Source of the DNA: Candidatus Cacconaster merdequi
GTDB taxonomy: Bacteria; Bacteroidota; Bacteroidia; Bacteroidales; UBA932
Length of the DNA stretch: 64,000 nucleotides
Direction: 5' to 3'
Assembly: GCA_018064345.1 (NCBI GenBank)
Contig: JAGHVK010000003.1
Coordinates: forward strand, 5,189 to 69,188
A program made the position numbers and the translations under genes. Below, piece by piece: positions 50,479 to 59,614 of this stretch (position 1 is its first letter; every line of letters starts with the position of its first letter). The notes under the pieces are model-generated. The model was not told the origin of the DNA. It ran no database searches and was given only the letters and a program-made list of their open reading frames with translations.

Positions 50479-51459
50479 CTACAATGGGAAAGCCACCCGT
50501 TCTCCGAACTGATATACAATCAGCCTGCCATCGGCGATGGCCTGCGAGCCTTCCATAATGCGGCAGGACGCAGTTGCAGGTATCCTGTAATATACTGTCC
50601 CCCCGCTCTTGCTCTTGGAGGCTGATTCAGTCTGGACGCTTGAAAGAGGTTCGGCGGAAATCTCCATAGTCAGGGATACGTTGCCCACCTTGCAGACAGT
50701 ATAGTTCTTCACGCCGTTTTTCGGCACGACGGTGAACACCTTTTCCTCTTCAAAAACTGAAGTGACGCCATAGAAAAGGCGCATATACTGCTCTTCCAGT
50801 TTGTCAATCTCATCAATTGCGGACTTCATTGCCTCCCCACTGAATGTAGCATCGGTGTCACCTGTAACGATATCGATTCTTTTCTGCCTGAGATTCAATA
50901 TTATACCAGCCGTCTCCTCAGCCTTCTTCTCAAGAGATTTCTCGACTGTCTGGGATTGCTGGACAGGGACTCTCTCAAAGTCCCCGCTTTCGGTCATCAC
51001 GCTCTTGTATAGAGTCGTTGTCACCGTAGCAAGATTTCCCGTCGGATCCTGCCCGGAGAAAAGCTCGGAGGAGTTCACGCTGTTAAGGTTCGTGCTGACC
51101 ACATTTCCGGTAAATGACCCGTCAAGGGCTATCAGGCCCTGGCTGCAAAGACTCAGGAAAGAGGCTGAGCTCTTGTCTGAAAGAGTCGTGACATATCTCG
51201 CCGAAGGGTCAGCTTCCACACAAGGAATCATCTTGATGGATTTTACGGTGTAGGAGGTGAGAGCAGCGGTGCGAGGTACGTTCCCAAGATATTTCTGGGC
51301 GAACTTCGCATACGGGCCGGGAGTGAAGACACTCTTCTCGAAGGTCACCTGCACGTTCACTACAGTTTGCGGCAGGGCATAGACGACAGACTGTGCATTT
51401 GACTGATACCCCGCAACGACCATCAGAAACAAGGCCACAAGAATTGAAAATCTATTCAT
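50479..51459 (-). CDS. Secreted protein of unknown function (DUF4831-like, tentative)
   Basis: Signal peptide MNRFSILVALFLMVVAGYQSNA with no catalytic motifs recognised. Start moved to ATG 51459. The family name is from memory only. Confidence 0.65.
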   Translation of the reverse strand: MNRFSILVALFLMVVAGYQSNAQSVVYALPQTVVNVQVTFEKSVFTPGPYAKFAQKYLGNVPRTAALTSYTVKSIKMIPCVEADPSARYVTTLSDKSSASFLSLCSQGLIALDGSFTGNVVSTNLNSVNSSELFSGQDPTGNLATVTTTLYKSVMTESGDFERVPVQQSQTVEKSLEKKAEETAGIILNLRQKRIDIVTGDTDATFSGEAMKSAIDEIDKLEEQYMRLFYGVTSVFEEEKVFTVVPKNGVKNYTVCKVGNVSLTMEISAEPLSSVQTESASKSKSGGTVYYRIPATASCRIMEGSQAIADGRLIVYQFGERVAFPL

Positions 51460-51572
51460 ACTGAACAAAGTACTTTCCGGCTCCGGGGAGCCTGTTTTGA
51501 AAAATCATCTTGCGAATATAACAAATTCACGCCGGATTTGAAATGTTTGATTAAAAAAATACGGATTCTTAC

Positions 51573-51580
51573 TATTTTTG
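51573..51580 (+). promoter_or_regulatory. -7 box TATTTTTG upstream of tmk
   Basis: Perfect TAnnTTTG, 21 nt upstream of ATG 51601. Confidence 0.5.
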
Positions 51581-51600
51581 CACTACTGAAACATAACGAT

Positions 51601-52278
51601 ATGCTAATTGTACTTGAAGGCCTTGACGGCGCCGGGAAATCCACCCAGTTGAAAATGGTTGCCGACTATATGGCATCTTGCGGCAAGACTGTCGAATATC
51701 TGCATTTTCCAAGATACACCGCACCCATATACGGGGACCTGATCAGCAAGTTCCTCCGCGGCGACTATGGCAGCGTGAACCAGGTCCACCCGCAACTTGT
51801 AGCCCTTCTCTTTGCCGAGGACAGGAATGATGCCGCCGGCATCATCCGCAAATGGCTTGAAGAGGGACGCTGTGTAATCCTGGACCGCTACGTCTATTCT
51901 AACATCGCCTTCCAATGTGCCAAACTGTCCTCAAAGCAGGAAGCGGAGGAGCTGCGTGAATGGATTCTTGACGTGGAATACGGCAAGTTCGGCATTCCAA
52001 AACCTGACATCAACCTTTTCCTCGACGTACCCATCTCTTTCGTGGATGCGAAATTGAAGAGTTCCCGCCAGGACGACAGCGACAGGGAATATCTTCACGG
52101 CAAGAACGACATCCACGAGTCGAGCATAGACCTTCAGGTCAGAGTACGCAACCAGTATCTGGAGCAGTGCGGGATGGATAAGGATTTCATACGTATCGAC
52201 TGCAACTCCCAGGACGGGACCATCCTGCCTCCTGAAACCATTTTCAGCAGAATCAGGACTATTCTTGAACAGTTTTGA
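51601..52278 (+). CDS. tmk: Thymidylate (dTMP) kinase
   Basis: Begins MLIVLEGLDGAGKSTQ (P-loop), with the DRY motif (LDRYVYSN). Start moved to ATG 51601. Confidence 0.85.
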   Translation: MLIVLEGLDGAGKSTQLKMVADYMASCGKTVEYLHFPRYTAPIYGDLISKFLRGDYGSVNQVHPQLVALLFAEDRNDAAGIIRKWLEEGRCVILDRYVYSNIAFQCAKLSSKQEAEELREWILDVEYGKFGIPKPDINLFLDVPISFVDAKLKSSRQDDSDREYLHGKNDIHESSIDLQVRVRNQYLEQCGMDKDFIRIDCNSQDGTILPPETIFSRIRTILEQF

Positions 52279-52295
52279 ACCTGCTTCTGACCACT

Positions 52296-53453
52296 ATGAA
52301 GATAATCCGAGGCTTTTCCAGAATTGTTTTCGCGCTTGTATTCATCCTTTCGGGAATATTCAAGCTCATAGATCCCGCAGGGACCGGACTCATCGTGCAG
52401 GAATATCTCAACTTCATGCACCTGAGCTTCCTTGGCGGAATCAGGATATGGATAGGCGTATTGCTTGCGTCCTTGGAATTCACAGTGGGAATCAGCGTGA
52501 TGGTCGGTTTGAAAATGCGAATCACCGCCACGGCCGGGTTCGTGATGACAATCTTTTTCACAGCCGTCACCATAGTGCTTGTGGCCTTCGACCCGATTGA
52601 TGACTGCGGATGCTTCGGCGAAGCAATCCATCTGACAAACACACAGTCGCTCATCAAGAACATCGTGCTGCTCGTTATGGCCACGGTAATCTTCATTGGC
52701 AGAAAGGAATGCGTGAAGATAGCTCCTGAATGGCTGCAATGGTGCTTCTTGTCTGCCTTCCTTGCGTTCGCCCTCTATTCGGCCATCTACATCATCATAA
52801 GCAATCCCAAGGTAGAATTCACCGCATACCGCGTCGGCACCGACCTCAACGACCTGTACTCAGAAGGACAGGCACAGTTCGAGACCGTATTCATCTACGA
52901 GAAAGACGGACAGACAAAGGATTTCACTCTCAGCAACCTGCCTGATTCAACCTGGACTTATGTGGATTCACGTACCGAAATGACGGGAGGGAGTACGGAA
53001 ATGGCTCTGATTGATTTTCATCCCCACACCCTTTCAGGCAACTACTTTGCCGCATCGGTCTACGATTCCGAAAGGATTCCCCAAAGAATAGAGGAGAGGA
53101 TCCGGGATTTCAGGTTCCGCTGCGGAGCAAACGGAGTAGAGATGAGAGTTTACCGTCCCGGAAGCAGCGAGAGCGGCTATGAGGCTGACTGGAAATCGCT
53201 TATGACCCTCAACAGGAGCAACGGGGGAATCACTTATTTTTCTGACGGCGTCATAGTCAAGAAATGGTCTGCTTCACAGATAGATGACATAGACATAGCC
53301 GGGGTGGTTTCGGAAGATCCTGACGTGCTGGTTCTCAAGGGACGTATAGACGAACAGATCTACATTTCCACCGTAGTGCTCGGAATCCTTCTCCTGCTTC
53401 TGCTTCTGAGGTATTTTTGCGGGATGTTCTCGAAAACAAGTTCTAAAAAATGA
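52296..53453 (+). CDS. DoxX/MauE-like membrane protein fused to a soluble (thioredoxin-fold-like?) domain and a C-terminal TM
   Basis: N-terminal 4-5 TMs with the DDCGCFGE motif typical of MauE/DoxX-type proteins, a ~190-aa hydrophilic region, and a terminal TM (VVLGILLLLLLL). Confidence 0.7.
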   Translation: MKIIRGFSRIVFALVFILSGIFKLIDPAGTGLIVQEYLNFMHLSFLGGIRIWIGVLLASLEFTVGISVMVGLKMRITATAGFVMTIFFTAVTIVLVAFDPIDDCGCFGEAIHLTNTQSLIKNIVLLVMATVIFIGRKECVKIAPEWLQWCFLSAFLAFALYSAIYIIISNPKVEFTAYRVGTDLNDLYSEGQAQFETVFIYEKDGQTKDFTLSNLPDSTWTYVDSRTEMTGGSTEMALIDFHPHTLSGNYFAASVYDSERIPQRIEERIRDFRFRCGANGVEMRVYRPGSSESGYEADWKSLMTLNRSNGGITYFSDGVIVKKWSASQIDDIDIAGVVSEDPDVLVLKGRIDEQIYISTVVLGILLLLLLLRYFCGMFSKTSSKK

Positions 53454-54202
53454 TGTTTCAAAACCATAAGCTGATGGGAATCGTCAATCTGAACGACGAT
53501 TCCTTCTATTCCGTTTCACGGGTGGACGGCATCGATGCATTCCGCCGCAGGCTTGACTATCTGATCAAGGCCGGCGCCTCCATTATAGACATAGGTGCGG
53601 TTTCCTCAAGGCCGGGGGCCGTGGAGGTCAGTGCAGACGAGGAGTGGTCCAGGCTTGAGCCTTTCATCCGTGAGATAGCATCGAACTACCGCGGAATATC
53701 TTTCTCCATTGATACTTACAGGGCTTCTGTGGTGCTTATGGCTTATCAGGAGATGGGAAGATTCATAATCAACGACATATCTGCCGGAGAATGGGACAAG
53801 GCGATGCTTCCTGTCGCAGGAAGGCTTGGCTTGAGATATGTGGCGATGCATCACCGGGGTACATTCCTCACGATGCACGACAGCTACACCTACGGCAATG
53901 TCGTGGATTGTGTATTGAAATTCTTTGAAGAGTTTTCCGAAAGGGCCGTAGAATGCGGCATACAGGACTGGATCCTTGACCCGGGATTCGGATTCTCCAA
54001 ATCCATCGAGGACAACCTCACCCTCCTTGACAATCTGTCAAAGTTCAAGATATTCCGCAAGCCGATTCTAGTCGGCCTTTCCCGTAAAAGCTTCATATAC
54101 AAACCGGCAGGGCTCAGCCCGGACAACTGCGCCGAATTGACGGAAAAGTACGAAAAAATAGCCGTGGAGAAAGGCGCATCAATCATCAGGACGCACCTCT
54201 GA
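53450..54202 (+). CDS. folP: Dihydropteroate synthase
   Basis: Contains MGIVNLNDDSF, GASIIDIGAVSSRPG, DPGFGF.K and SRKSF. ATGA overlap with the upstream gene. Confidence 0.92.
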   Translation: MMFQNHKLMGIVNLNDDSFYSVSRVDGIDAFRRRLDYLIKAGASIIDIGAVSSRPGAVEVSADEEWSRLEPFIREIASNYRGISFSIDTYRASVVLMAYQEMGRFIINDISAGEWDKAMLPVAGRLGLRYVAMHHRGTFLTMHDSYTYGNVVDCVLKFFEEFSERAVECGIQDWILDPGFGFSKSIEDNLTLLDNLSKFKIFRKPILVGLSRKSFIYKPAGLSPDNCAELTEKYEKIAVEKGASIIRTHL

Positions 54203-54228
54203 CCACGGCGGTATCAGATTTCCCTTGA

Positions 54229-56235
54229 TTACAGAGTGCTGTACAATCTTCCGTATTTGAGCTGCTGCTCAAGGAAGTCATCGCAGTATTCGATGCTGTA
54301 ATCCACCACCTTGCCATCCTTCATTACAGGAACGATATCAGGATTGACAAAACCGCGGTACGGTTTAAGGTCAAGAGAAGAGTAGCGTTCGAGCACCTCT
54401 TTGTGGAGATCATAGTCAATCCTTATGGCGTAATCCTCGACAAGTGCCTTTCCGGCCTGGTAATCGCCTTCAGACTTGATTCTCTGTATCTCTGAGAGAA
54501 GTTCCCCGAAAAGTGAGCGCAAAGCATCGAAGTCGTTAATCACAAAGTATGTCTTCCCGTCACGGACCTTCTTCTCTATGACATTGTCAGCCTTTCCTTT
54601 TTCATAGCACCACTGTGCAATCAGTTTCCTGTCCTGCATATGCGCTTCCGTATTCTGCTTGCCAAGCTCAATGCGGCAGAACTGTGTCATTATACCGTTA
54701 CGTATCTGGCTTATATACTGTGCCTTGTATGCATCAGGACTATCAAGGAGACCAAGTTCCACAAGTTTCGGGTCAGCAAGATAGTAAAGAGCGAACAGGT
54801 CGGCGCGGGCCTCTTCCAGACAGGAAGTGTATTCCTTCAGGGCATTGGCGGGAGTACCTTCGAGGAGCTGGCCGCTTCCGTGACCAAGGCACTCGTGAAG
54901 GTCAGTGTGAAGGTCGTCAGTGACAGTACCGTACTTGCGGCAAATCTCAATCTCTTCCTCATCCCACGCAAATTCAGTGAGGATGCTCTTAGGACGCTGC
55001 TCCGTTGCACGCGCATAGGCCTCGGTGATGTTTGCTATCGTGACTGACTTGGAACCGTGTTCCTTGCGGATCCAGTCTGCGTTAGGAAGATTGATTCCGA
55101 TAGCGGTTGCAGGATAGTTTCCGCCGGCGATCACAGCTACGTTGATTACCTTTGCGGAAACTCCCTTCACTTCAGCTTTCTTGAAACGCGGATCCACAGG
55201 GGAATGGTCTTCAAACCACTGTGCGTTTTCACTGATGGTGGAAGTACGTTTTGAGGCCTCACGGTCACGGTAATTCACAATACCTTCCCAGGTTGCCTTG
55301 CGGCCGAGAGGATCGTCGTAATCCTCGATGAAACCATTGACGAAATCCACATCGCTGTCAGTGTCCCCCACCCAGGAAACATTGTACTGGTCCCACATCT
55401 TCAGGTCACCGGTACGGTAATATTCGATAAGTTCGGCTATGTACTGCTTCTGAAGATCGTTCTCGGCCACGGCGGCGGCAGCCTCCAGATGTCCGATGAT
55501 CACTTCAATCGCCTTGCCATATAGGCCATCCACCTTGTATATCTGTTCTACGAGACGTCCGTTTTCCTTTACCACTCTACTGTTGAGCCCGTAGCTCAGA
55601 GGATGAGGGTCATTCGGTTTTGCCATCCTGTCGTAGAAAGCGTTCACCTCCTCCGCATTCACGCCTTCATAGAAATTCACTGCCGATGCCTCGACGATGT
55701 CCTTGTCAGAGCCTTGATAACGTTTTACAGAATAGAGTTCAGGGGAATATATCACTGAAAGCAGGAACTCCCCGGGTTCCTCACCGATACCTGCCGCACG
55801 CATCAGCTCTCCGAAATAGGTTTCAGAACAGGTCGGTATTATCTTGTCATCAGAGTAATGGTGATGTATGCCGTTGCTGAAGAACACTCTCTTTGCATAA
55901 GTAAGGAAACCTTCCCACTCCTCACCGCTGCGGTCGCCCTTGTAATTCTCAAGGATAGCTTCAAGAGCGTGACGGATATCCAGATTGTACTTGAAGTATT
56001 GGTCCCAAGTTATGTCCCGGCCCGCCTTGGCAGCTTCAGAAAGATGGTATATATACTCTTTCTGGTTGAAGGACAATGAATCCCACTGCGGAACCTGATA
56101 CCTCAGAACTTCAATGTCAGCAAATTCATCTATGGAATAATTCCATTCAGAAGCCTGCTCTTCCTTATTGTTGCTGCAGGCGGCAAGTGCCAATCCCAGT
56201 ACGACTGTCATAGCGAAGTAATTGAATGTACGCAT
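54229..56235 (-). CDS. Dipeptidyl-peptidase III (M49) lipoprotein
   Basis: Lipobox LALAACS, the hexapeptide zinc motif HECLGH, and the downstream EEARAD second motif; 668 aa. Confidence 0.87.
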   Translation of the reverse strand: MRTFNYFAMTVVLGLALAACSNNKEEQASEWNYSIDEFADIEVLRYQVPQWDSLSFNQKEYIYHLSEAAKAGRDITWDQYFKYNLDIRHALEAILENYKGDRSGEEWEGFLTYAKRVFFSNGIHHHYSDDKIIPTCSETYFGELMRAAGIGEEPGEFLLSVIYSPELYSVKRYQGSDKDIVEASAVNFYEGVNAEEVNAFYDRMAKPNDPHPLSYGLNSRVVKENGRLVEQIYKVDGLYGKAIEVIIGHLEAAAAVAENDLQKQYIAELIEYYRTGDLKMWDQYNVSWVGDTDSDVDFVNGFIEDYDDPLGRKATWEGIVNYRDREASKRTSTISENAQWFEDHSPVDPRFKKAEVKGVSAKVINVAVIAGGNYPATAIGINLPNADWIRKEHGSKSVTIANITEAYARATEQRPKSILTEFAWDEEEIEICRKYGTVTDDLHTDLHECLGHGSGQLLEGTPANALKEYTSCLEEARADLFALYYLADPKLVELGLLDSPDAYKAQYISQIRNGIMTQFCRIELGKQNTEAHMQDRKLIAQWCYEKGKADNVIEKKVRDGKTYFVINDFDALRSLFGELLSEIQRIKSEGDYQAGKALVEDYAIRIDYDLHKEVLERYSSLDLKPYRGFVNPDIVPVMKDGKVVDYSIEYCDDFLEQQLKYGRLYSTL

Positions 56236-56256
56236 AAATTGATTGTATTATGGCCA

Positions 56257-56264
56257 CAAATATA
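56257..56264 (-). promoter_or_regulatory. -7 box TATATTTG upstream of the DPP III gene
   Basis: Perfect TAnnTTTG on the minus strand, 22 nt upstream of ATG 56235. Confidence 0.55.
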
Positions 56265-56275
56265 TGGATTTTTTT

Positions 56276-56283
56276 TATTTTTG
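56276..56283 (+). promoter_or_regulatory. -7 box TATTTTTG upstream of the DUF486/DMT-like gene
   Basis: Perfect TAnnTTTG, 7 nt upstream of ATG 56290 (leaderless-type spacing). It is back-to-back with the DPP III box. Confidence 0.5.
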
Positions 56284-56289
56284 CGGATT

Positions 56290-56658
56290 ATGGGAAAAGG
56301 GGTTGCAACTATTCTGTTGTTGCTGGTATCGAACGTACTGATGATACTGGCGTGGTACGGGCACTTGAAATTCGCCCAGGTAAAGCCGTTCTCGCAATGG
56401 GGGCTCTTCGGTATCATATTAAGTAGCTGGCTCATAGCATTTTTTGAATATTGTGTCCAAGTTCCTGCCAACAGGATCGGGTTCAACGGCAACGGGGGAC
56501 CGTTCTCCCTCCTTCAACTCAAGATAATTCAGGAAGTGCTCACTCTGATAGTATTCGTGGTGTTCAGTGCATTGGTGTTCAAGAGCGAGCCGTTGAAATG
56601 GAATCACCTTGCAGCCTTCCTCTGCCTTGTGCTGGCGGTTTATTTCGCTTTCAAATAA
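56290..56658 (+). CDS. DMT-superfamily small membrane protein (DUF486-like)
   Basis: 122 aa with 4 TMs and the LLLVSNVLMILAWYGHLKF N-terminal pattern. Start moved to ATG 56290. Confidence 0.78.
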   Translation: MGKGVATILLLLVSNVLMILAWYGHLKFAQVKPFSQWGLFGIILSSWLIAFFEYCVQVPANRIGFNGNGGPFSLLQLKIIQEVLTLIVFVVFSALVFKSEPLKWNHLAAFLCLVLAVYFAFK

Positions 56659-56672
56659 GAACCCGTTTTGAA

Positions 56673-57836
56673 ATGAAAAGACTTGCAGCCATACTCGCCG
56701 CGATGATGTGCCTCACCTCCTGCGGCTGGTTCCAATCTCCTCAGAATCAGAAAGAGAGGAACGTTGTCCTTATGTACATCGCATGCCACAACAACAACCT
56801 CTCCCACTACTCCGAAGACCAGCTTGAAGAATACAGCAGGAGTATGCTTCCCGCCCACAACAGCAAAGAGGAGATATTCCTGGTATATGCTCATCTGAGC
56901 GGCCACAGCCCTGAGCTCTGCCGGTATTCACAGGACAGCAAGGGAACGTTCGTAAAAGATTTCATCAAGGCATATCCGGCCGACACGAAGTCTGCCGGAG
57001 CCGAAGCGATTTCCCAAGTACTGGAAGATGTGAGCAGCCTCTACCCCGCAGAGCATTTCTCACTTGTGCTGTCGTCCCACGCATCGAATTTCCTGCCAGT
57101 CGGGTACAAGTCCGAAGTCTCGTCCTGGGACATGTTTTCCGCTTCCGTCCAGAGCTTCGGTCCGGATGACAAAGTCGAGACTGACCTTGCCGACCTTCGC
57201 AAGGTACTCGGCAGGTATCATTTCGACTGCCTTATGTTCGACTGCTGCTATATGGGTGGCATCGAAGTCTGCTATGAGTTGAAAGATGTGGCGGATTACA
57301 TAATCAGCTCTCCCACCGAGGTGATGGGAGCCGGAATGCTGCGCGGCGGTATGATTCCTCTTTTGTTCAACAGTACCCACAGGGAAGAGTCAATCATCTC
57401 GATATGCAAATCCTATATGAGTCTCGTCCGCGACAAGTCTGAATCATACCTGTTGTCGGGGTCGGTTTCCGCCGTCAGAACGGCAGGACTTGAAGAGCTT
57501 GCCCGCCAGACGGAAGCCATCTTCTCCGCCAATCGTGACAAAATCGCTTCCCTCAACATTTCCAGCGTTCAGAATTTCCGCGGCAACGCCAACTTCGGGT
57601 GCCTGTTCGATTTCAAGGATTTCATTTCAAAGATAGCTTCCGACACGGAGCAGAGCGCATTCAGCCAAGCACTTGACAATACGGTAATCTATTGCGACTC
57701 AACGCCGGCTTTCCTTGGCTACGCCATTCAGTGCTGCTGCGGTCTGAGTTCCTACATCCCTCAGACTAAAAGGCCTCAGCTCAACGCATATTACACCTCC
57801 CTGTCGTGGAACAAAGCCGTGAAACTCATCCGATAA
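56673..57836 (+). CDS. Clostripain-related (C11) cysteine peptidase lipoprotein
   Basis: Lipobox MCLTSCGW and a His/Cys dyad context (LVLSSHASNF and LMFDCCYMGG). Start moved to ATG 56673. Confidence 0.78.
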   Translation: MKRLAAILAAMMCLTSCGWFQSPQNQKERNVVLMYIACHNNNLSHYSEDQLEEYSRSMLPAHNSKEEIFLVYAHLSGHSPELCRYSQDSKGTFVKDFIKAYPADTKSAGAEAISQVLEDVSSLYPAEHFSLVLSSHASNFLPVGYKSEVSSWDMFSASVQSFGPDDKVETDLADLRKVLGRYHFDCLMFDCCYMGGIEVCYELKDVADYIISSPTEVMGAGMLRGGMIPLLFNSTHREESIISICKSYMSLVRDKSESYLLSGSVSAVRTAGLEELARQTEAIFSANRDKIASLNISSVQNFRGNANFGCLFDFKDFISKIASDTEQSAFSQALDNTVIYCDSTPAFLGYAIQCCCGLSSYIPQTKRPQLNAYYTSLSWNKAVKLIR

Positions 57837-57909
57837 CGGCAGCATACCGGACATCGGGCCGACCAGTCGAAATTTTACCAATCTTTCGTTGATTATTGAA
57901 AATTTTGCA

Positions 57910-57917
57910 TATCTTTG
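57910..57917 (+). promoter_or_regulatory. -7 box TATCTTTG upstream of rplY
   Basis: Perfect TAnnTTTG, 82 nt upstream of ATG 57999, which implies a ~75-nt leader. Confidence 0.55.
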
Positions 57918-57998
57918 CCGCCTGCTAAAAGGAAAGTCCTTTTGGTGCAATGGGTCCTGACCCGATTCAGGATGAGTAACACATTTTAAAAACAAACC

Positions 57999-58577
57999 AT
58001 GAAACAGTTAGACCTTACCGGAAAACTTCGCAAGACCGGAAAGAAAGCGGATGTGAACAGTGTACGCCGCGAGGAAAGAGTACCAAGTGTCATCTATGGT
58101 GCCGGAGTTGAAAACACAAGCTTCTCAGTTGACGAGAAAGAGTTGAAGGCTCTCACCCATTCAGCTTACCCTCACATCGTGAACCTTGACATTGAAGGCA
58201 AGAAATTCACAGCCGTAATGCAGGACATTCAGTATCACCCTGTAACCGACCGTCCTCTTCACGTAGATTTCCTCGCAGTGGATATCAACAAGCCTGTTAC
58301 CGTTGAAGTTCCTATCAAGTTCACCGGAAATTCAGAAGGTGTACGCGCAGGTGGAAAGCTCAACACTCCTTGCCGCAAGCTCAAAGTTTCCGGCGTTGCT
58401 GCTGACATTCCTGAAGACCTCGTGATCGACATCACCACACTCGGTGTAGGCAAGCAGATCAATGCAGGTGACCTCAAGTTCGACAACATTCAGATCGTAT
58501 CACCTAAGAGTACTCTCGTAGTAGCCGTACGTTCAACCCGCAACGTTGCTGCCGCTACTGAAGAAGCCGCTCAGTAA
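57999..58577 (+). CDS. rplY: 50S ribosomal protein L25 / general stress protein Ctc
   Basis: 192 aa with the R.E..VP.V.YG pattern (RREERVPSVIYG) and the two-domain Ctc length. Confidence 0.94.
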   Translation: MKQLDLTGKLRKTGKKADVNSVRREERVPSVIYGAGVENTSFSVDEKELKALTHSAYPHIVNLDIEGKKFTAVMQDIQYHPVTDRPLHVDFLAVDINKPVTVEVPIKFTGNSEGVRAGGKLNTPCRKLKVSGVAADIPEDLVIDITTLGVGKQINAGDLKFDNIQIVSPKSTLVVAVRSTRNVAAATEEAAQ

Positions 58578-58592
58578 CGGTCCTTTACGGGT

Positions 58593-59207
58593 ATGAACTT
58601 TCTGGTTGCCGGACTTGGAAACATAGGCGCAGAATATGCTGATACCCGACATAACATCGGTTTTATGGTATTGGATGCCTGGGCTCAGGCATCCAATGCT
58701 GTTTTCAAGGCCGACCGGTACGGCGCAGTGGCCGAAGTTTCCTTCAAGGGTGCGAAATTCACTCTCCTCAAGCCGTCCACATATATGAACCTGAGCGGGA
58801 AAGCTGTGAACTACTGGCTTCAGAAACTCAAACTGGAACGCGAGAGGCTTCTGGTAATCGTAGATGATCTGGCAATCCCTTTCGGAACTCTCAGAATGAG
58901 GAAGAGAGGTTCAGCCGGAGGCCACAACGGACTCAAGAGCATCGATTACTGCCTTGCATCGGACGACTATGCCCGTTTGAGAATTGGAACCGGTAACGGA
59001 GGATTCGCCGAAGGACATCAGGTTGATTTCGTTCTGGGAGAGTGGCTGCTCGAAGAGAAAAGAGCTATGCCCTTGATTCTGAATCAGGCAATGGATGCCG
59101 CCAGATGCTTCGCAGTTGAAGGCATCGACCGCGCTATGACACGGTTCAACCACGCAATCGACCTCACTTCCCGAAATAACGACAATCAAGCAAAGAAAGA
59201 GGACTAA
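58593..59207 (+). CDS. pth: Peptidyl-tRNA hydrolase
   Basis: Contains LVAGLGNIGAEYADTRHNIGF and GGHNGLKS. Confidence 0.95.
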   Translation: MNFLVAGLGNIGAEYADTRHNIGFMVLDAWAQASNAVFKADRYGAVAEVSFKGAKFTLLKPSTYMNLSGKAVNYWLQKLKLERERLLVIVDDLAIPFGTLRMRKRGSAGGHNGLKSIDYCLASDDYARLRIGTGNGGFAEGHQVDFVLGEWLLEEKRAMPLILNQAMDAARCFAVEGIDRAMTRFNHAIDLTSRNNDNQAKKED

Positions 59208-59614
59208 TCTTCGTCGTCCGAATCGGAATCATCAATGAAGAATGAACCGTAGAGAGAATCCATCTCCCTGCGTTCTTTTTTTGTCGGGCGTCCGGCGCCT
59301 CTGTCCCTCTTGATGAAGAAGCTCTCCACCGGGGCGTGGAGTTTGTCAAGCTCGCTCTGAGGAGTGACATTGTCTGCAAATCTCTCCACTTCCTTAGCCC
59401 CTACCCTCTTTTCAAGCAAAGCCGTCACTCTGTACGAAAAAGTGACCGCACCCTTCCTGACTTCAACCATATCACCGACCTTCACCTCACGGGACGGTTT
59501 CACAGCCTGTCCTCCCACGCTGACCTTGTTACCCTTGCAGGCATCGGTAGCATCAGTACGCGTCTTGTAGACACGTATGGCCCACAGATATTTGTCAATT
59601 CTCACGCTGTCCAT
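59204..59614 (-). CDS. hslR: S4-domain RNA-binding protein (Hsp15/HslR-like)
   Basis: Begins MDSVRIDKYLWAIRVYKTRTDATDACKGNKVSVGG. Start moved to ATG 59614. Confidence 0.83.
   Translation of the reverse strand: MDSVRIDKYLWAIRVYKTRTDATDACKGNKVSVGGQAVKPSREVKVGDMVEVRKGAVTFSYRVTALLEKRVGAKEVERFADNVTPQSELDKLHAPVESFFIKRDRGAGRPTKKERREMDSLYGSFFIDDSDSDDED

Noticed and set aside
57931-57939. A GGAAAGTCC string reminiscent of the conserved RNase P RNA P4 region.
   Set aside because: The intergenic region is only ~160 nt, far shorter than RNase P RNA. The string is just one arm and loop of a simple local hairpin.
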